DNA of 64,000 nucleotides from Squalus acanthias (Eukaryota). The number at the start of each line of letters is the position of its first letter. Position 1 is the first letter of the stretch. The notes under the pieces are model-generated. The model was not told where the DNA came from, did not search any database, and saw only the letters and a program-made list of their open reading frames with translations. Below are positions 1 to 12,864 of this stretch, in pieces. The stretch covers positions 25,854,001-25,918,000 of the forward strand of contig CM059435.1 of assembly GCA_030390025.1 (NCBI GenBank), written 5' to 3'. Both the position numbers and the translations under genes were made by a program.

Positions 1-1784
1 AGAAGCCAGAAAGAAACTATTTTCTTCTCTATAACAAAACAAATGACTTCCGTGTGAGAAGTGAGCACAAATATTGCCAGCCCAGGGAGACTATACAACA
101 GGATGACTGTCTCTTCAGTTCTATTTCTGAAGGGGGGCCAAACCGCAAAAATTGCACTGTTCCCATTTTGAGCAGGCAAGCAATCTCCGATCTTTACGAG
201 GAATAAAATGTGATTCTGAAGGTACCCGCTGCTTACAGCCATGCTGTGCCAGTGGCTCCAAAGGTATCTGCAGCTGGCGCTCACTGGAGATATTACTTGC
301 ATCAACCAACCTTCCATATGTAAGTGCTTCTCACAAGTCAGAGCTGACGTAGGATAGCAAGCAAATACATCTGCTTCTATTTGATTAATGATCAGCAACA
401 GCAAATAAACCGAGTTGGCTTATCTTGTGCTTAAATGGGCAGAACATTGAGGAATTGTTTATTTTTACAGCACAGAAATGTCCTGACAGGATTACAGTGT
501 TTCTGATAGTTCTGAAAATAAACTCTTCAATCCTACATTTGTGGTGTATATTTTATAAGCTTATGGTTGAGTTTCTGCAGAGTTAAAATACATGCTGTTC
601 TTGTGTCTGTAAAGTGCTTTAGTGATGCATAAAAATATTGGGCCTGAATATCCAGGGGTCCTGCTCGACTGGTGTAAGAGCAGCGGCGCAGAAGAACCCC
701 CACCTGCCCAAGCACAAGGCCACAGACCTCTTTCAAAATTGCAGAGACGGAAGCCCCGATATTTACTGGGGTGTGATTTCCATCTGGGGCAGGAGTTCTG
801 GTTGGGAATCCTGGAAGTCCGGGTTTCACCCAACGCTGTGGAATTTTGACTCCACAGTCTGCGTGCTTTTATTTAAACAGGATCCCTGCCCGGAAGCCAG
901 GCTGATTGACGGGCTTGGCTCCCTGCTGGGCGGGGATCACTGCAGCAGAGGCTGCAACCCAGGAGCAGGTAAGTTTGTGCGAGGGGGGCGGGGTGGGAGT
1001 ACAGAGTGCCTTGTGGTGGGTTGGTTATCGTGGGGATGGCGTCTGATTGCGGGGTGGTCCGATCGCGGAGAGGGAAGCAAGTTAGCTTGGGAGCTGGGAG
1101 GAAATATCTGCTCCTCCTGGCTCACAAAGCAGTGCTGGAAAGGCACTTGCATCTTCGACGCAGCAGTCCTCGCCTCCCTTTAGCTGCCGGGTTAAATTTA
1201 AAACCGGGATAAAATCTGAGGCAGCAGCCTCATTCAAATATTTAAATAATCAACCCGATTCCTGGGAGCGGGTTGGTTGCCCGGGCCCCCCTGTCCCGCC
1301 TCCGTTATAACCAGAAGCGGGCGGGCTGGGTTTGAGATTTAAACATTTTTTTCATCCCACCTGACCCAAACCCACCCGTTTTTGGGAGTTGAAATTCCCC
1401 TCGGGGTCATTGCCATAGATGGGATGGCCACTGTAAGGGTGCTTCAGTGACACCTGCCCCAGTGCACCCTGGTAAGGAGGACCAGTCCGCAGCTGCTCTG
1501 CCATAGGTTCCTCTCCACCACTTCAGGTCTAAGGGAGCCATTTTCAGGCACCACAAAGGTAATCAATCTCCTCTATGATCAATTACGTTTGTCTGCTTAA
1601 GGTGTAGGACCTTCTCTCTAAGCGCACAAACGTTCTGCTGTGGCCTTGTAAGGGCATATGGAGCGGAATTCCCCGAGTAGACTGGAAACCACCCCTCCTC
1701 CCTCACCAGACATGCTTCCTTGAAGTGAAAGAGCTGTGTATTCTCTCTCGCCCCCCTGCAACATAAAATGGTGGTTGGTAAGAA

Positions 1785-1890
1785 ACAAAAATGAGAAGTC
1801 GCACAACACCAGGTTATAGTCCAACAGTTTTATTTGAAATCACAAGCTTTCGGAGCTTACGTGGCCCCTTCCTCAGGTGAAGTGAAGAAA
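1785..1890 (-). mobile_element. Penelope-like pLTR fragment
   Basis: Reverse complement is nearly identical to 3793-3895 and to the pLTR of the GIY-YIG element at 49.7-50.8 kb; contains a hammerhead and AATAAA. Confidence 0.85.
1840..1880 (-). ncRNA. Minimal type I hammerhead ribozyme (PLE-derived)
   Basis: Minus strand TCAC-CTGAGGA-A-GGGGC cacgtaa GCTCC-GAA-AGCT-T-GTGA. Confidence 0.75.
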
Positions 1891-3792
1891 CAAGGCAGAA
1901 TCCTGGCGGAACCTGATTCTATCCCAGATTCAAGTGATGGTTGACGTGATTCAAGTGATGATTCAAGTGAGCTACCAGACTCCGCCCTTGGCTCAGGGTG
2001 GAATTTTGGGCCTAGTGTTTTCAGAAGGATGGTGTGCATTCGAAGTGCACTTAAAAAATTTTAATTATTGATGGGATTTTCCTCACTGGGTTGACACTAT
2101 TGGGTCTCGTATGATAGTCCAAGATCTATCTAAAGTTTCATGCTGTGGGGCAGCTTACTCCTTAGGGCAATTGCCAGTCTACATTAACAATACCTTTGGC
2201 CCATAGGAGAAGGGAGAGAGTCCCTAAATGTAATTGGGACGTGGTAGTGAAGTATTCAGGGTCCATTATTGAATCTTCAGCCCTGTCTATACTGCTGCTT
2301 AGTATCTGGGTCCAAGAGGATTCTAGTTTTAATCTAAAATCCAACTTCAGCAGATTCTGCGGAGCACTAATTGTTGTGGGTGAGTCCACTCAGTGAGCTG
2401 TCTTTGTTATTCATTCAATCATTTGTAAATTGGAGCCTCCTGGAGAAGAAGTGTTCAGGTCTGTAGCTGATCTAAATAGCACATATTACATTCTAGTAAA
2501 TGAATTGACAAGCTTGAGCTGAATCAACTTGTCTTTATTTTGGGGCATGGGTGAATGCCAACTCACTGGTAAATATGGTATTCTGCTAAAGAATGCACCA
2601 AACTGTGAATTGTGAGTTGATATGTATAGATTGCTTTTGCAGGAGATACTGACTACAGTTTAAAGACTTGGCTAATGACTTGAGTAGATGAGCCCCCTTA
2701 TCCCCCAAATGAATTATAACAAGAGATCTAATTCAAGCATTGTATGGCTTGTGCCTCAATTGTGCATGCGTGGAATTTTCAGACCTGACACGGGATTCTC
2801 CACAATGTAGCCCCAGAAAGGCTTGTACGATGTTGTGTGTTCACTCACATTGGTATTAGCTTTGGATTTTGAAGGGTGATGTGATTTCTGCACAAGCTAC
2901 AAAATATGCAGCTTCTGATGGGTCAGGCTAGGTTGCATCCATCTCTAAGTTGAAAATGTATCTGCGGAGATCACAGCCAGTAACTTATGATAAAGGTAAG
3001 AGAGTGAAACCAGGGTACTTTAGACCAGTTAGCCTAACATCTGCTGTCAGGAAATTACTAGAGCCTAAATTAAGGATAGAGTGACTGAACACCATGTACA
3101 TTTTCAGCTGATCAGAGAGAGCCAGCATGGATTTGTAAAGGGTAGGTCATACCTGACGAACCTGATTGAATTTTTTTGAAGAGGTGACTAAAGTAGTGGA
3201 CAGGGAAATGTCTATGGATGTTTATTTATATGGACTTCCAGAAGGCATTTGATAAAGTCCCTCCGAAGAGACTGTTAGCTAAAGTTGAAGCTCATGGAAT
3301 TGAAGGCAAATTATTGACCTGGTTAGGAAATTGGCTGAACAGCAGGAGACAGAGTGTAGGGATAATGGACAGGTACTCTAATTGGCAGGATGTGACTAAT
3401 GGTGTCCCGCAAGATTCTGTGTTGGGGCCTCAACTATTCACCATATTTATTAATGGCTTAGATGATCGGATAGAAAGCCACATATACAAGTTTGCCAATG
3501 ACACAAATATAGATGGCATTGTAAGCATTGTAGATGGAAACATAAAATTACAAAGAGCTATTAATAGATTACGCAACTAGGCAAAACTGTGGCGATTGGA
3601 TTTCAATGTAGTCAAATGTGAGGTCATCCACTTTGGACCTAAAAAAAAGATAGAACAGAATACTTTCTAAATAGTTAAAAGCTAGAAACAGTGGAGGTCC
3701 AAAGAGACTTTGGGGGGGGGGGGGATTATTCGGGGGGTCAGCGGGCGAGTTTGGTGGCGGGTCGGCTGGGAATTGTTTTTTGCCCATATGCA

Positions 3793-3928
3793 TTTCTTCA
3801 CTTCACCTGACGAAGGAGCAGCGCTCCGAAAGCTTGTGATTTCAAATAAAGCTGTTGGACTATAACCTGGTGTTGTGCGACTTCTCACTTTTGTCCACCC
3901 CAGTCCAACACCGGCATCTCCGCATCAT
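3793..3928 (+). mobile_element. Penelope-like pLTR fragment with 3' tail
   Basis: Hammerhead, AATAAA and tail GTCCACCCCAGTCCAACACCGGCATCTCC shared with the 3' end of the element at 49733. Confidence 0.85.
3803..3839 (+). ncRNA. Minimal type I hammerhead ribozyme
   Basis: TCAC-CTGACGA-A-GGAGC agc GCTCC-GAA-AGCT-T-GTGA; stem I TCAC/GTGA, stem II GGAGC/GCTCC, palindromic AGCT in place of helix III. Confidence 0.82.
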
Positions 3929-6900
3929 CTCTTTCCAGTGTCACCTCATTGGAACAACCTCTCTCACCATTGACAGATCGCTTCTATCATCTCAACCTCA
4001 CCTGCCATCTATTCCATCAGCATCGTTGCCCTTGAAAAAATCTCACCTTGGTCCTCAGAATCCCACCACGATCAGCCCCAACACCAGCTGCACCAGGCAC
4101 ACCAGCAGCACCAACAACAACACCAACCTTCTCCGCAATCAGCTGATGCTGCACAGGACACAGGGCATCTGCACCCGACCACATTGCTGCCCGGGAGGTC
4201 AGAGATGGCCTCACCATGGCCACATTTACTTCACCTGATGCTGTACACCCTGGATGCCACATGATGCGCCAGGTTGGCACCTCCCCACACCAGCACCATA
4301 AAGTATCCCTACAATGCCCAAGCCATTCCTTTCACACTCATCGCCATTGCGGGGGGTACCGTTATGTCTCACCATTCACTGCAACTCACTAAGCCACTTC
4401 CAAAGTTGCACACAAATCTGTCCAAGAACGCAAAGTGTTGAAAATAAGGATTTCAATGTTTGACAGCACATTAACAGAAACTTCACATGAACATTGGCTA
4501 AAACACCCAAGTGCCTACCCTTGTGTGTTATTAGTTGGTATGATTGGACTAGGATGAGGGTGAGTGTGAGCAGTGGCTAGTGAGATGGAGATGTGATAAT
4601 GTAGATAGCGAGGGATGGGTGGAGGTGCAAGGTAAGTTGATGTGAGTAAGGATGTTCAGGAGTAGGGTAGGGAAGGCAGAGTGATGGGGATGTGATGAGT
4701 GGCACAGCAGCAGGATGAGGTTGAGTGTGGCTTTGCAGTAACGTTTCGTGATCTACTGAGATCATTGAAAGGCTTGCACCACTGCAGCCTGGTCCTCCTG
4801 AGGACATCCCTGCTTGTGTCCTTCTGTGCAATGTGCAACCAGGCTGCGTTGATCTTCTGGGGAGGTCTCTTCCGCCCATGGGAAGGGAAGAGAACCTCCC
4901 TGTGTGCTGTGACTCTCTCCATAAGCATATGGAGGGAGTCATGGGAGAGCCTGGGTGCAGCCGTGCACCTCTGTGCAGTGCTTGTCAGTGTTTGCAGCAC
5001 CTCAGTGCTGTCGAACACGGAGAGCAGGACTGTCAAAAACACTTGCGCATGGTCCCTTTAAGGAAACCGGCTGATGGCGCATCATCAAGTGACGTCATCA
5101 GACCTGCTTCCTTCAATTGGCCGGAAAACCCGCTCGGCGGGCTTAACAAGCCCAATCAACGTAAACTTCTTTTCACAGAGCGGAATGGAGCCAGCAGCGG
5201 GGCCGCACCGGACCCACCTCGGTAGACGAAATCGCGGCCTTGGTGTCCAATACATAGATTATTAAAATGTCATGGACAGGTACAGAAAATAATCAAAAAG
5301 GCTAATGGAATGCTGGCCTTTATATCTAGAGGACTAGAATACAAGGGGGTAGAAGTTATGCTACAGCTATACAAAGCCCTGGTTAGACCACACCTGGAGT
5401 TCTGTGAGCAGTTGTGGGCACCACACCTTAGGAAGGATATATTGGCCTTGGAGGGAGTGCAGCATAGATTTACCAGCATGATACCTGAACTCCAAGAGTT
5501 AAATTAGGAGGCGAGATTACACAAACTAGGGTTGTATTCCCTGGAATTTAGAAGGTTAAGGGATGATTTGATAGGGTGGATAGAGAGAAACTATTTCCGC
5601 TGGTTGGGGAGTCTAGGACCAAGGTTCATAGTCTTCAAAATTAGAGCCAGGCCTTTCAGGAGCGAAGTTACAAAACACTTCTACACATAGAGGGTGTTAG
5701 AAGTTTGTAACTCTCTTCTGCAATCGGCAATTGATGCTAGATCAATTGTTAATTTTAAATCTGAGATTGATAGATTTTCGTTAACCAAGGGTATTAAGGG
5801 ATATGGGGCAAAGGCGGGTATATGGAGTTAGGTCGCAGATCAGCCATGATCTCATTGAATGGCAAAACAGGCTGGAGGGGCTGAATGGCCTACTCCTATT
5901 CCTATGTAACTCTGATTTGAAATACTGTGGAGAATTAAGGGTGCAGATATGCAGAGTACTGCTCTGGTACCACACCATAGCTCCTCTTGTCTTTGGAGAA
6001 ATTCCCTTCGTTCCAGCAATGGCAACCATACCTTCAGCCATAAATGCCCCGTGATCAAAAGAGTTCGGGAACCTTTAAAGTGAATTTCACTTTCCATAGA
6101 CTGTCTTGTTTTCCCACCATTTCTGTTGTTTCTCTACTTCGATAAGCCTTTACTTAATCTGCATATCATTTGAATGGTCATGGAAGTAAGTTCCAGCCTA
6201 TTGGCTACACGTCATTGGAAATAAATTAGCAGTGTGCTGTTTTTTATGCTGTGGCTGAATGACAGCCAAACATGTTACCACAAAAAACACAGACAAGCCA
6301 CAAAAACAGCTGCAGATTCAAGCCTTCATGTGCTAATAAAGTTAACATTCACACTACAGAACCCAGCAAACTTACTAATGATATAAACTCCCTGGGCTTC
6401 AAGCTACAGGATCCTTTCATAGAAACTATATAAACTTACTGGAAAGTTAATGTTTTCATACGGTATGCAAGTTTAATCATTCATTCTCTTTGAAAGCAAA
6501 AAGCAAGTTGTGGAACTGCACATCCACCCATCCGATCTATCTAATTATAAAAACCTTAAAAATCCATCACACTTCAGACATCACACACTGTCTAATACAA
6601 TTTTCTGTGTTATGCAGGCAGTTATTTTGAATGTACGGAAAAGCTCTCCAGTAACAGAAAATACCAGGACCACAATGGCTGTAGTCTCTCAATTGACTTG
6701 CGTGTGAACTCGCACAGCGTTTAAGTGTTTACTTATAGTAAATTGACTTTGCAGTCTTAAAGGGGTGTGCAGCAGCATGGCACATTGTGCTTTACATGGC
6801 ATGATGTTCCTTCCTTAAAAAACAGTATATCCTCTGACTACTGTGAGTAGCACAATATATTCTTCAAAGTATTCACAAGGGAAGACAGAAGAATATGCTC

Positions 6901-6939
6901 TTCCCAAAAAGAGAGTATCAAAACAAAATTCATAATTTA

Positions 6940-9172
6940 GATGTAATGGAAGTCCTAGACAAGCTGAAAAGGCTTAAACCAAATAAATCCCCAGGCTTAA
7001 ATAGTATTTATGCCAGAGTGCTGAAGACAAATTCAGAAGGAGATTTGTGAGCCAGTCGCAATCATTAAGAGGGAGTCAATGGACACTGGGGGGGTACCAG
7101 TAGATTGAAAACAGGCTAATGTGTGGTGCCCATATTCAAAAAGGGTGACAGAACAGACACAGATAATTGAAGACCCATTCGTCTTACTTCAATTCTATGT
7201 AAATTAATGGAACTGATTATCAGGAGTAAATCTGTACAACAACAACCTAGTAAACGGGAGCCAATGTAGTTTTAGAAGGGGAGGACCCTGTCTAACTAAC
7301 CTCCTTGATTTCTTTGAGGAAATGGCAATCCATGTGGACTGTAGCAAACCTTCCAAAAGTAATTTGATAAAATTCCACACAAAAGGCAACTAGTTAAGTT
7401 TAAAACTGTGGGGCTTCAGGAGAAAACTTGGGAATGGATAAGAAATTGGCTGAAGGGTAGAAAATAGGTACGTGTTAAGAGTCAGGTTGGCATGGGGGCA
7501 GGAGTTCCCCCAGGGCTAGGTGTTGCGACCACTCTTGTTGCTTACATCAATGACTTGGATTCAGAAACTCCATGCAAATTCATCAAATTTGCTGATGATA
7601 TCAAACTAGGGGGAATAGTGTAATTGAAGTAGGAAGCCCTGAAATTACAGATTGAGTTCAAATTAAATGTGAGTGAGCCGAGCAATGACAGATTAAATTT
7701 TATGCAAATAAATGTAAATTAAATAGGAAGGAATGTGGGTGCAACATCCTCCGTGAATGATGTTGAAATAGCTGCGGATGAAGTTGATGTAGACTCCAGA
7801 CACTCTACGGCTGTGATTTTACGTTGATTGACCTTGTTAAGCCCGCCAATTAAGAGGAAGCCAGTCAGATGACGTCATTTGATGATGCGTCATCTGCCGG
7901 TTTTCTTAAAGGGACCACGCACAATTTATTTTTGACAGTTGATTTCTCAGTGTTTGGCAGCATTGAGGTGCTGCAAACACTGACAATCACTGCACAAAGG
8001 TGACCTCTTGCACCCAGGCTCTCCAATGACTCCCTCCATAGGCTGGAATAGATGGCAGCTGCAGGTGAGGTGACAGAAGCGATCTGTCACTGGTGAGAGA
8101 GGTTCTCCCAATGAGGTGGCACTGGACATGGATTTCAAAACTTGTAATCTAAAGAAATGTGTAAATGTATTAAAAATGCATTTCCCAACATTTTCTTACC
8201 TCTGAGACTCACCAGTGCAACATTGGATCCTTCACACCACTTCTGCAGCTGTCTTGATCCAGAAACATTATAGCAGACTCACAACACGCCACACTTACCT
8301 GGCATGGTGTCCAGACGTTGGGAAACCCGAGGCAGAAGCGGCAAAATTCAAAAATAGCCTGTCAACTACTAGCAACTACCTGTTAATAGGCAGGTAATTG
8401 CCTTTAATCCTCTTCCTGCCGCTAGGTGTCGGGTCCATGCGCAAATCGGGGACCCGACACTTGGGAAAATTGTTTGGAGGCGGGTTGACGGCGGGATTGC
8501 AACCCGCCATCATTCAAAACAATTTTACCCTTTGACCCGCCTCCAAACCCGCCCTCTGAGCGCCGGCAAAATCGCGGCCTACATGTCTAACCAGTGCACA
8601 GCAGCAATAAGCAAAGTCAATAACCTGTTGAATTACAGTACATAGCTAAAACAGTATAATGTGAGTTAGAAGAAGTTAAGATCAAACTGTACAGTGCTCT
8701 GGTCAGTCTTCATATTGAGTATTGTGCCCAGTTCTGACCACCGAGAAACAAAGGAGACATTCAAGCGCTGGAGGCAGTGCAGTGAAGAGCCACAATGCTG
8801 ATCTCTTGTATCAAAAGGTTTGAGTATGAGACTGGAGAGATTTGGGCTTTTCAGCCTGGAATGGAGGCACTTGAGAGTGACCCTATGAAAGGATATCCGA
8901 TATTTAATGGAAAAGATAAATTTGGAATATTACTTTAAATTAAACTGAGGAGGAGGACAAGGTGACACAGGTTCAAACTGGTGAAAGGTAAATTTAGAAC
9001 TGACATCAGGAAGTTGTTCTTCACGCAGAGTGATCAACATGTGGAATGGACTTGCTGAGGTGAAAACTCTAATCATTTAAGAAACAAGTGGATGCAGCAA
9101 TAGGAGGACTGTAAGGTCATTGTAAATGAATGCATTAGGATGGGTTGAATGGTATTCCTCATCCTTAAGTAT
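6940..9172 (+). mobile_element. Old CR1 LINE remnant, split by the MITE at 7809-8579
   Basis: Degenerate RT motifs (TNLLDFFE, KFADD-like) and a CR1-type 3' end. Confidence 0.8.
7809..8579. mobile_element. Harbinger-type MITE
   Basis: TIRs GGCTGTGATTTT / AAAATCGCGGCC; TSD TAC on both sides; homologous to both ends of the 3713-5239 element. Confidence 0.85.
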
Positions 9173-9984
9173 CATCTTACACAGGGTGCACACTTTCTGT
9201 CCACAAGCTTACTAATACTAGTCACGATTTTGGTCATGTTTCTGTGTCCACACTTACATTTGTAAATTGCTATGTCAGCATCAATTTTACAATGTCAACT
9301 GTCACAATGTATTTGCAGGCAGTGGCTTTACTTGAAGAGAGAATAAGTTGCTTACTCGAGTTGCCACTGTTGGCATCACTAACCTGATCTTCACAACTTA
9401 CATTGCATTGAAAATGAGATGTGCAGCTTTTCTTTTTGATTGACCTTTTGCATGGAAAATCATTTTTAAAGGTAATTTCCCTGATTATTTTGGACCTTTC
9501 TAGAATAATGTGCACAAGTATTAGAAATTGCTAGATCTGTTATGAAATTGTAAACTGGCCATCCTTTATGGAACATGGACCTCCTGATTGTTTTGTAAGC
9601 AAGCAAAGTTATTTTTAGTTAATGAAACAACTGCTTTTAGTTCTGTGTGGATTTTATAGCAGTGAGGAACTTTCACCACTCCAAAACAAAAGGGCACAAT
9701 ATATAAGATTTAAGACCAATGCACCAATCAGAAATAATGTCTTCAAGACGCAAACAATTCAAGACACAGAATCTTGGCGAAACTCGCCAATGTTCCTGTA
9801 ACTGTCCAAAAACAATCTGAGAAAACATAAAAATTTTAAGTACAGTTCAGTTCAGACTTTAATTCAAACACTTATCAGCTGCTTTCCTGAAAGCCCCCAG
9901 GGCTTTAGGTACCTTGCTCAAGAGGGCTCTTTTTTTTCTCCATTTTTCTCTCTTCCTGAAGACACTGACTTGCTAGAGACAGGC

Positions 9985-10080
9985 ATCTTAGCACAGACCA
10001 GGAATCGAACCTACGATGTTCTGGTCACTATGGTTTAATGCTGTACCAGCCAGTGTTTTTAACCCACTTGATCAGCTGGA
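9985..10080 (-). mobile_element. tRNA-derived SINE head fragment
   Basis: Reverse complement contains B-box-like GGTTCGATTCC followed by TGGTCTGTGCTAAG; same family as the element at 53600-53968. Confidence 0.5.
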
Positions 10081-10578
10081 AAAGCAGCATGCTGACAGGC
10101 CACGTAGCTCAGGCTAAAACTACTATTTCTTCATCAAAAACAAATTGTCATACTCAACTTACAACAGTAAGTTTAGCTATTTCCGTAAAGCAGATTATGC
10201 AGGCGCATTTAGTGTGGATCAGGGTTGCCCAAGTGATGGACCATAGGCTCCATGTGGCCTTCGAGACCTGGTAATCCACCTCACAATGCCCAGGCAACTC
10301 AGTCCTATTTATGTTTATATTTTTTATTCACTAGTTTGTCCTGTTTGAATTTTGGAAAGCTCTGATCTGAACACTTGCCTCATGGATGGATAAATCTTGA
10401 CTCAGAACACCAAGATCTGTTAATATCCGTAGCTTGAACTAGATTCAAATTAATGTATACAGCTAAGTGGCAAAAAGTTTGGAAGTTCAAGGTTTAGGAG
10501 AGTGGGAGGGGGGATTTCCACTTATTTTGTCTATAAGCACCTTTCAAGAAGAAAATGGAATCTTTACATGAATGTCCA

Positions 10579-10978
10579 CGATTTAAAAATTCTCCACCTT
10601 GTTTTCAAATCCCTCCAAACCCCTCCCTATCTCTGTAATCTCCTTCAGCCCCACAACCCCCCGAAAAATCTGAGCTCCTCTAATTCTGCCTTCTTGAGGA
10701 TCCCTGATTATAATCGCTCAACCTTTTGGTGGCCGTGCCTTCTGTTGCCTAGGCCCCAAGCTCTGGAATTCACTGCCTAAACCTCTCCGCCTCGGTACCG
10801 CCTCCTTTAAGACACTCCTTAAAACCTACCTCTTTGACCAAGCTTTTGGTCACCTGCCCTAATTTATCCTTATGTGGATCGGTCAAATTTTTTGTCTTAA
10901 AATACTCCTGTGCAGCGCCTTGGGACGTTTTACTATGTTAAAGGCGCTATATAAATACAAGTTGTTGTTGTTGTTGTT
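10579..10978 (+). mobile_element. L2 LINE 3' fragment
   Basis: LKILHLVFKSL..PPYLCNLLQP peptide; tail GGCGCTATATAAATACAAG(TTG)n. Confidence 0.85.
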
Positions 10979-11035
10979 CAAACTGAAACATTTTTGAATG
11001 CAGCCAATCATTACTGACTCCTTTTGTTTCTGCAG

Positions 11036-11107
11036 GCTGCTCAACAATAACCAGATTAAGGGGATTCCACGGAGGGCCTTTGAGGAGTTGGAAAACCTGA
11101 AGTATCT
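11036..11107 (+). CDS. PXDNL: Peroxidasin-family (PXDNL-like) coding exon, LRR (exon 3 equivalent)
   Basis: tgcag|G...CT|gtgagt, 72 bp, phase 2-2. Encodes [24 protein letters not shown], matching the peroxidasin LRR (human PXDN [24 protein letters not shown], from recall). PXDNL vs PXDN is an inference. Confidence 0.93.
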
Positions 11108-11789
11108 GTGAGTTTACATTAAGAAGCCGCAAGATATATTTGCTGTGGGTTGCATCTTGTATTGGAAGGCAGGCATGATTCGATTCTCCTTGATCTTGTT
11201 TCTCTCTTGTAATATTGGTTTATAACTTGAATGTGCATGAAGTAATCATGTGTAGTGGGGTAAATGTATTTATTTGCTGTAAGATGATATTGATCCCAAT
11301 AAGTCACTCGTACCTCATGTGTTTGCTTCACAAACATGGGGGGAGAAATTCGGCATGTTAGCGCCTGGGTTTGCAGCAGGGCGAATCCAACGCCGCACGC
11401 GACATTCACCCGGGATTTAGCGCTGCCGATTAACATTTAGCCTATGCCTTTAGTGGCTGCCAGATCGTGACGTCAACACGTGTGGAACGCCCCGTTAACG
11501 GCCCAGAGACAAAATTGACTGCCACCCCCCTGCCTTAGCGCCTGGCGTGAACAATGGCAGGAAGAGGAAGCGTGATGCAGTCGGATGGCCGCTGTAGGAG
11601 CGGTATTTAAAGGCATCAACATCCGGTTTCATTTTAGTCGCCAATCAATGCTGCCTTCTCAGTTTGACATAGGGGAAAGAGCTGTTTTCAGTGAGGTAAA
11701 CGTTTATTACTTTCAGGAGTGTTCTGGCTGCTAAAAATTTGTCAGTTTAATTGTGCTGAGATTTCGAAGTACTACACTTGGATACGTTA

Positions 11790-12864
11790 CTGGGAGCTGT
11801 ACTGGCACTCGACCTCGCCCTCCAGCGTCAACATCACAGGCAGAGACAAAGATTGGAAAATGTGGCCAGAGGGAGGAGGGCCAACAGAGCTGTCAACAGG
11901 AGGCCTTACCCTCCCAGGGTATTCCGGGAGCACTTCTACATACATTAACTGAGGAGCAGTGAAGGCTCCGCTTCACCAAGGAGGTGGTCACAGAGCTCTG
12001 CCACCTCCTGCAGCCAGACCTCGAGCCTTAGATCAGGACCACCACGACTCTCACAGTAGCAGTCAAGGTCACCGTCACCCTCAATTTCTACGCCAGCGGA
12101 TCCTTCCAGTCTGCCGCAGGATGCATCCGGGAGGTCACAGAGGCTCTCCACAGAAGGAGAAGGGACTACATTTCCTTCCCCATGACCAGAGAGAAGCAGG
12201 ACGCGCGTGCATGTGGCTTTGCCAGGATAGTGGGCTTCCCCATGGTGCAGGGCGCCATTGACTGCACCCATGTGGCTTTGTGGGCACCCCGCTACAATCC
12301 TGAGGTATTCCGTAACCGGAAAGGATGCCACTCACTTAATGTGCAGTTGATGTGCGACCACAGACAGTGAATTCTCACCGTCAATGCCCGCTATCCTGGC
12401 AGCAGCCACGATGCCTTCACCCTGCGCCAGACCGGTGTGCCAGCACTCTTCCAGCCAGCACATCAAGCTCACGGCTGGCTGGTCAGAGACAAGGTATATC
12501 CGAACTTCACCTGGCTCATGACTCCCCTCCGCAACCCCAACACTGCTGCTCAGCTCTCATATAATGAGAGCCATGCCGCCACCAGGAACATCATCGAGCA
12601 GACCATCGGAGTGCTCAAGCAATGGTTCAGCTGCCTTGACCGCTCGGGAGGAGCCCTCCAGTACTCGGCTGAGCGGGTGTCCCTTTTCGGCGGGGTGCAC
12701 AACTTGACCATCATGAGGGCCCAGCCATTGCCACCAGGCATTGCGGCACCACCTCGGGAGGAGGACGAGGAGGAGGAGGAACAGCAGCGAGGGAGGAGGC
12801 AGCCACTCAATCGGCCTTCAAAAGGGCAGTCCGTGACTGTCTGATCAGACTGCGGTTCCAATAA
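11790..12864 (+). pseudogene. HARBI1-type DDE transposase pseudogene
   Basis: Motifs GFPMVQGAIDCTHV, RNRKGCHSLNVQ, YPGSSHDA, WLVRDKVY, RNIIEQTIGVLK spread over several frames; start codon mutated. Confidence 0.9.

Larger units (their letters stand above)
640..2012. mobile_element. Nested Harbinger-type non-autonomous elements (MITE-like), with an inner element at about 768-1400
   Basis: GC-rich block with imperfect TIR-like ends GGCCTGAATATCC / GGAATTTTGGGCC. Inner right end GGAGTTGAAATTCCCC. GGCGGG subterminal motifs like other Harbinger ends in the window. Boundaries uncertain. Confidence 0.45.
3713..5239. mobile_element. Internally deleted PIF/Harbinger element with Myb/SANT exon 1 (minus strand, about 4740-5000)
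   Basis: 3-bp TSD TTG (3710-12 and 5240-42); right TIR GAAATCGCGGCC; ORF APRLSHDSLHMLMERVTAHREVLFP...AAWLHIAQ...CKPFNDL is Myb/SANT-like; CR1 is colinear across the insertion. Confidence 0.85.
2960..5910 (+). mobile_element. Decayed CR1 LINE (RT to 3' tail), split by a Harbinger insertion at 3713-5239
   Basis: ORFs IYMDFQKAFDKVP...GVPQDSVLGPQLF...KFANDT and MLAFISRGLEYK...VRPHLEFC; CR1 tail GGCTGAATGGCCTACTCCT. Confidence 0.9.

Noticed and set aside
1928-1970. Three GATTCAAGTGA direct repeats
   Set aside because: Most simply local slippage inside a MITE; no supporting context
1-11035. Peroxidasin exons 1-2 (signal peptide, DLRFN LRR)
   Set aside because: No matching peptide with splice sites found by eye; presumably upstream of the window
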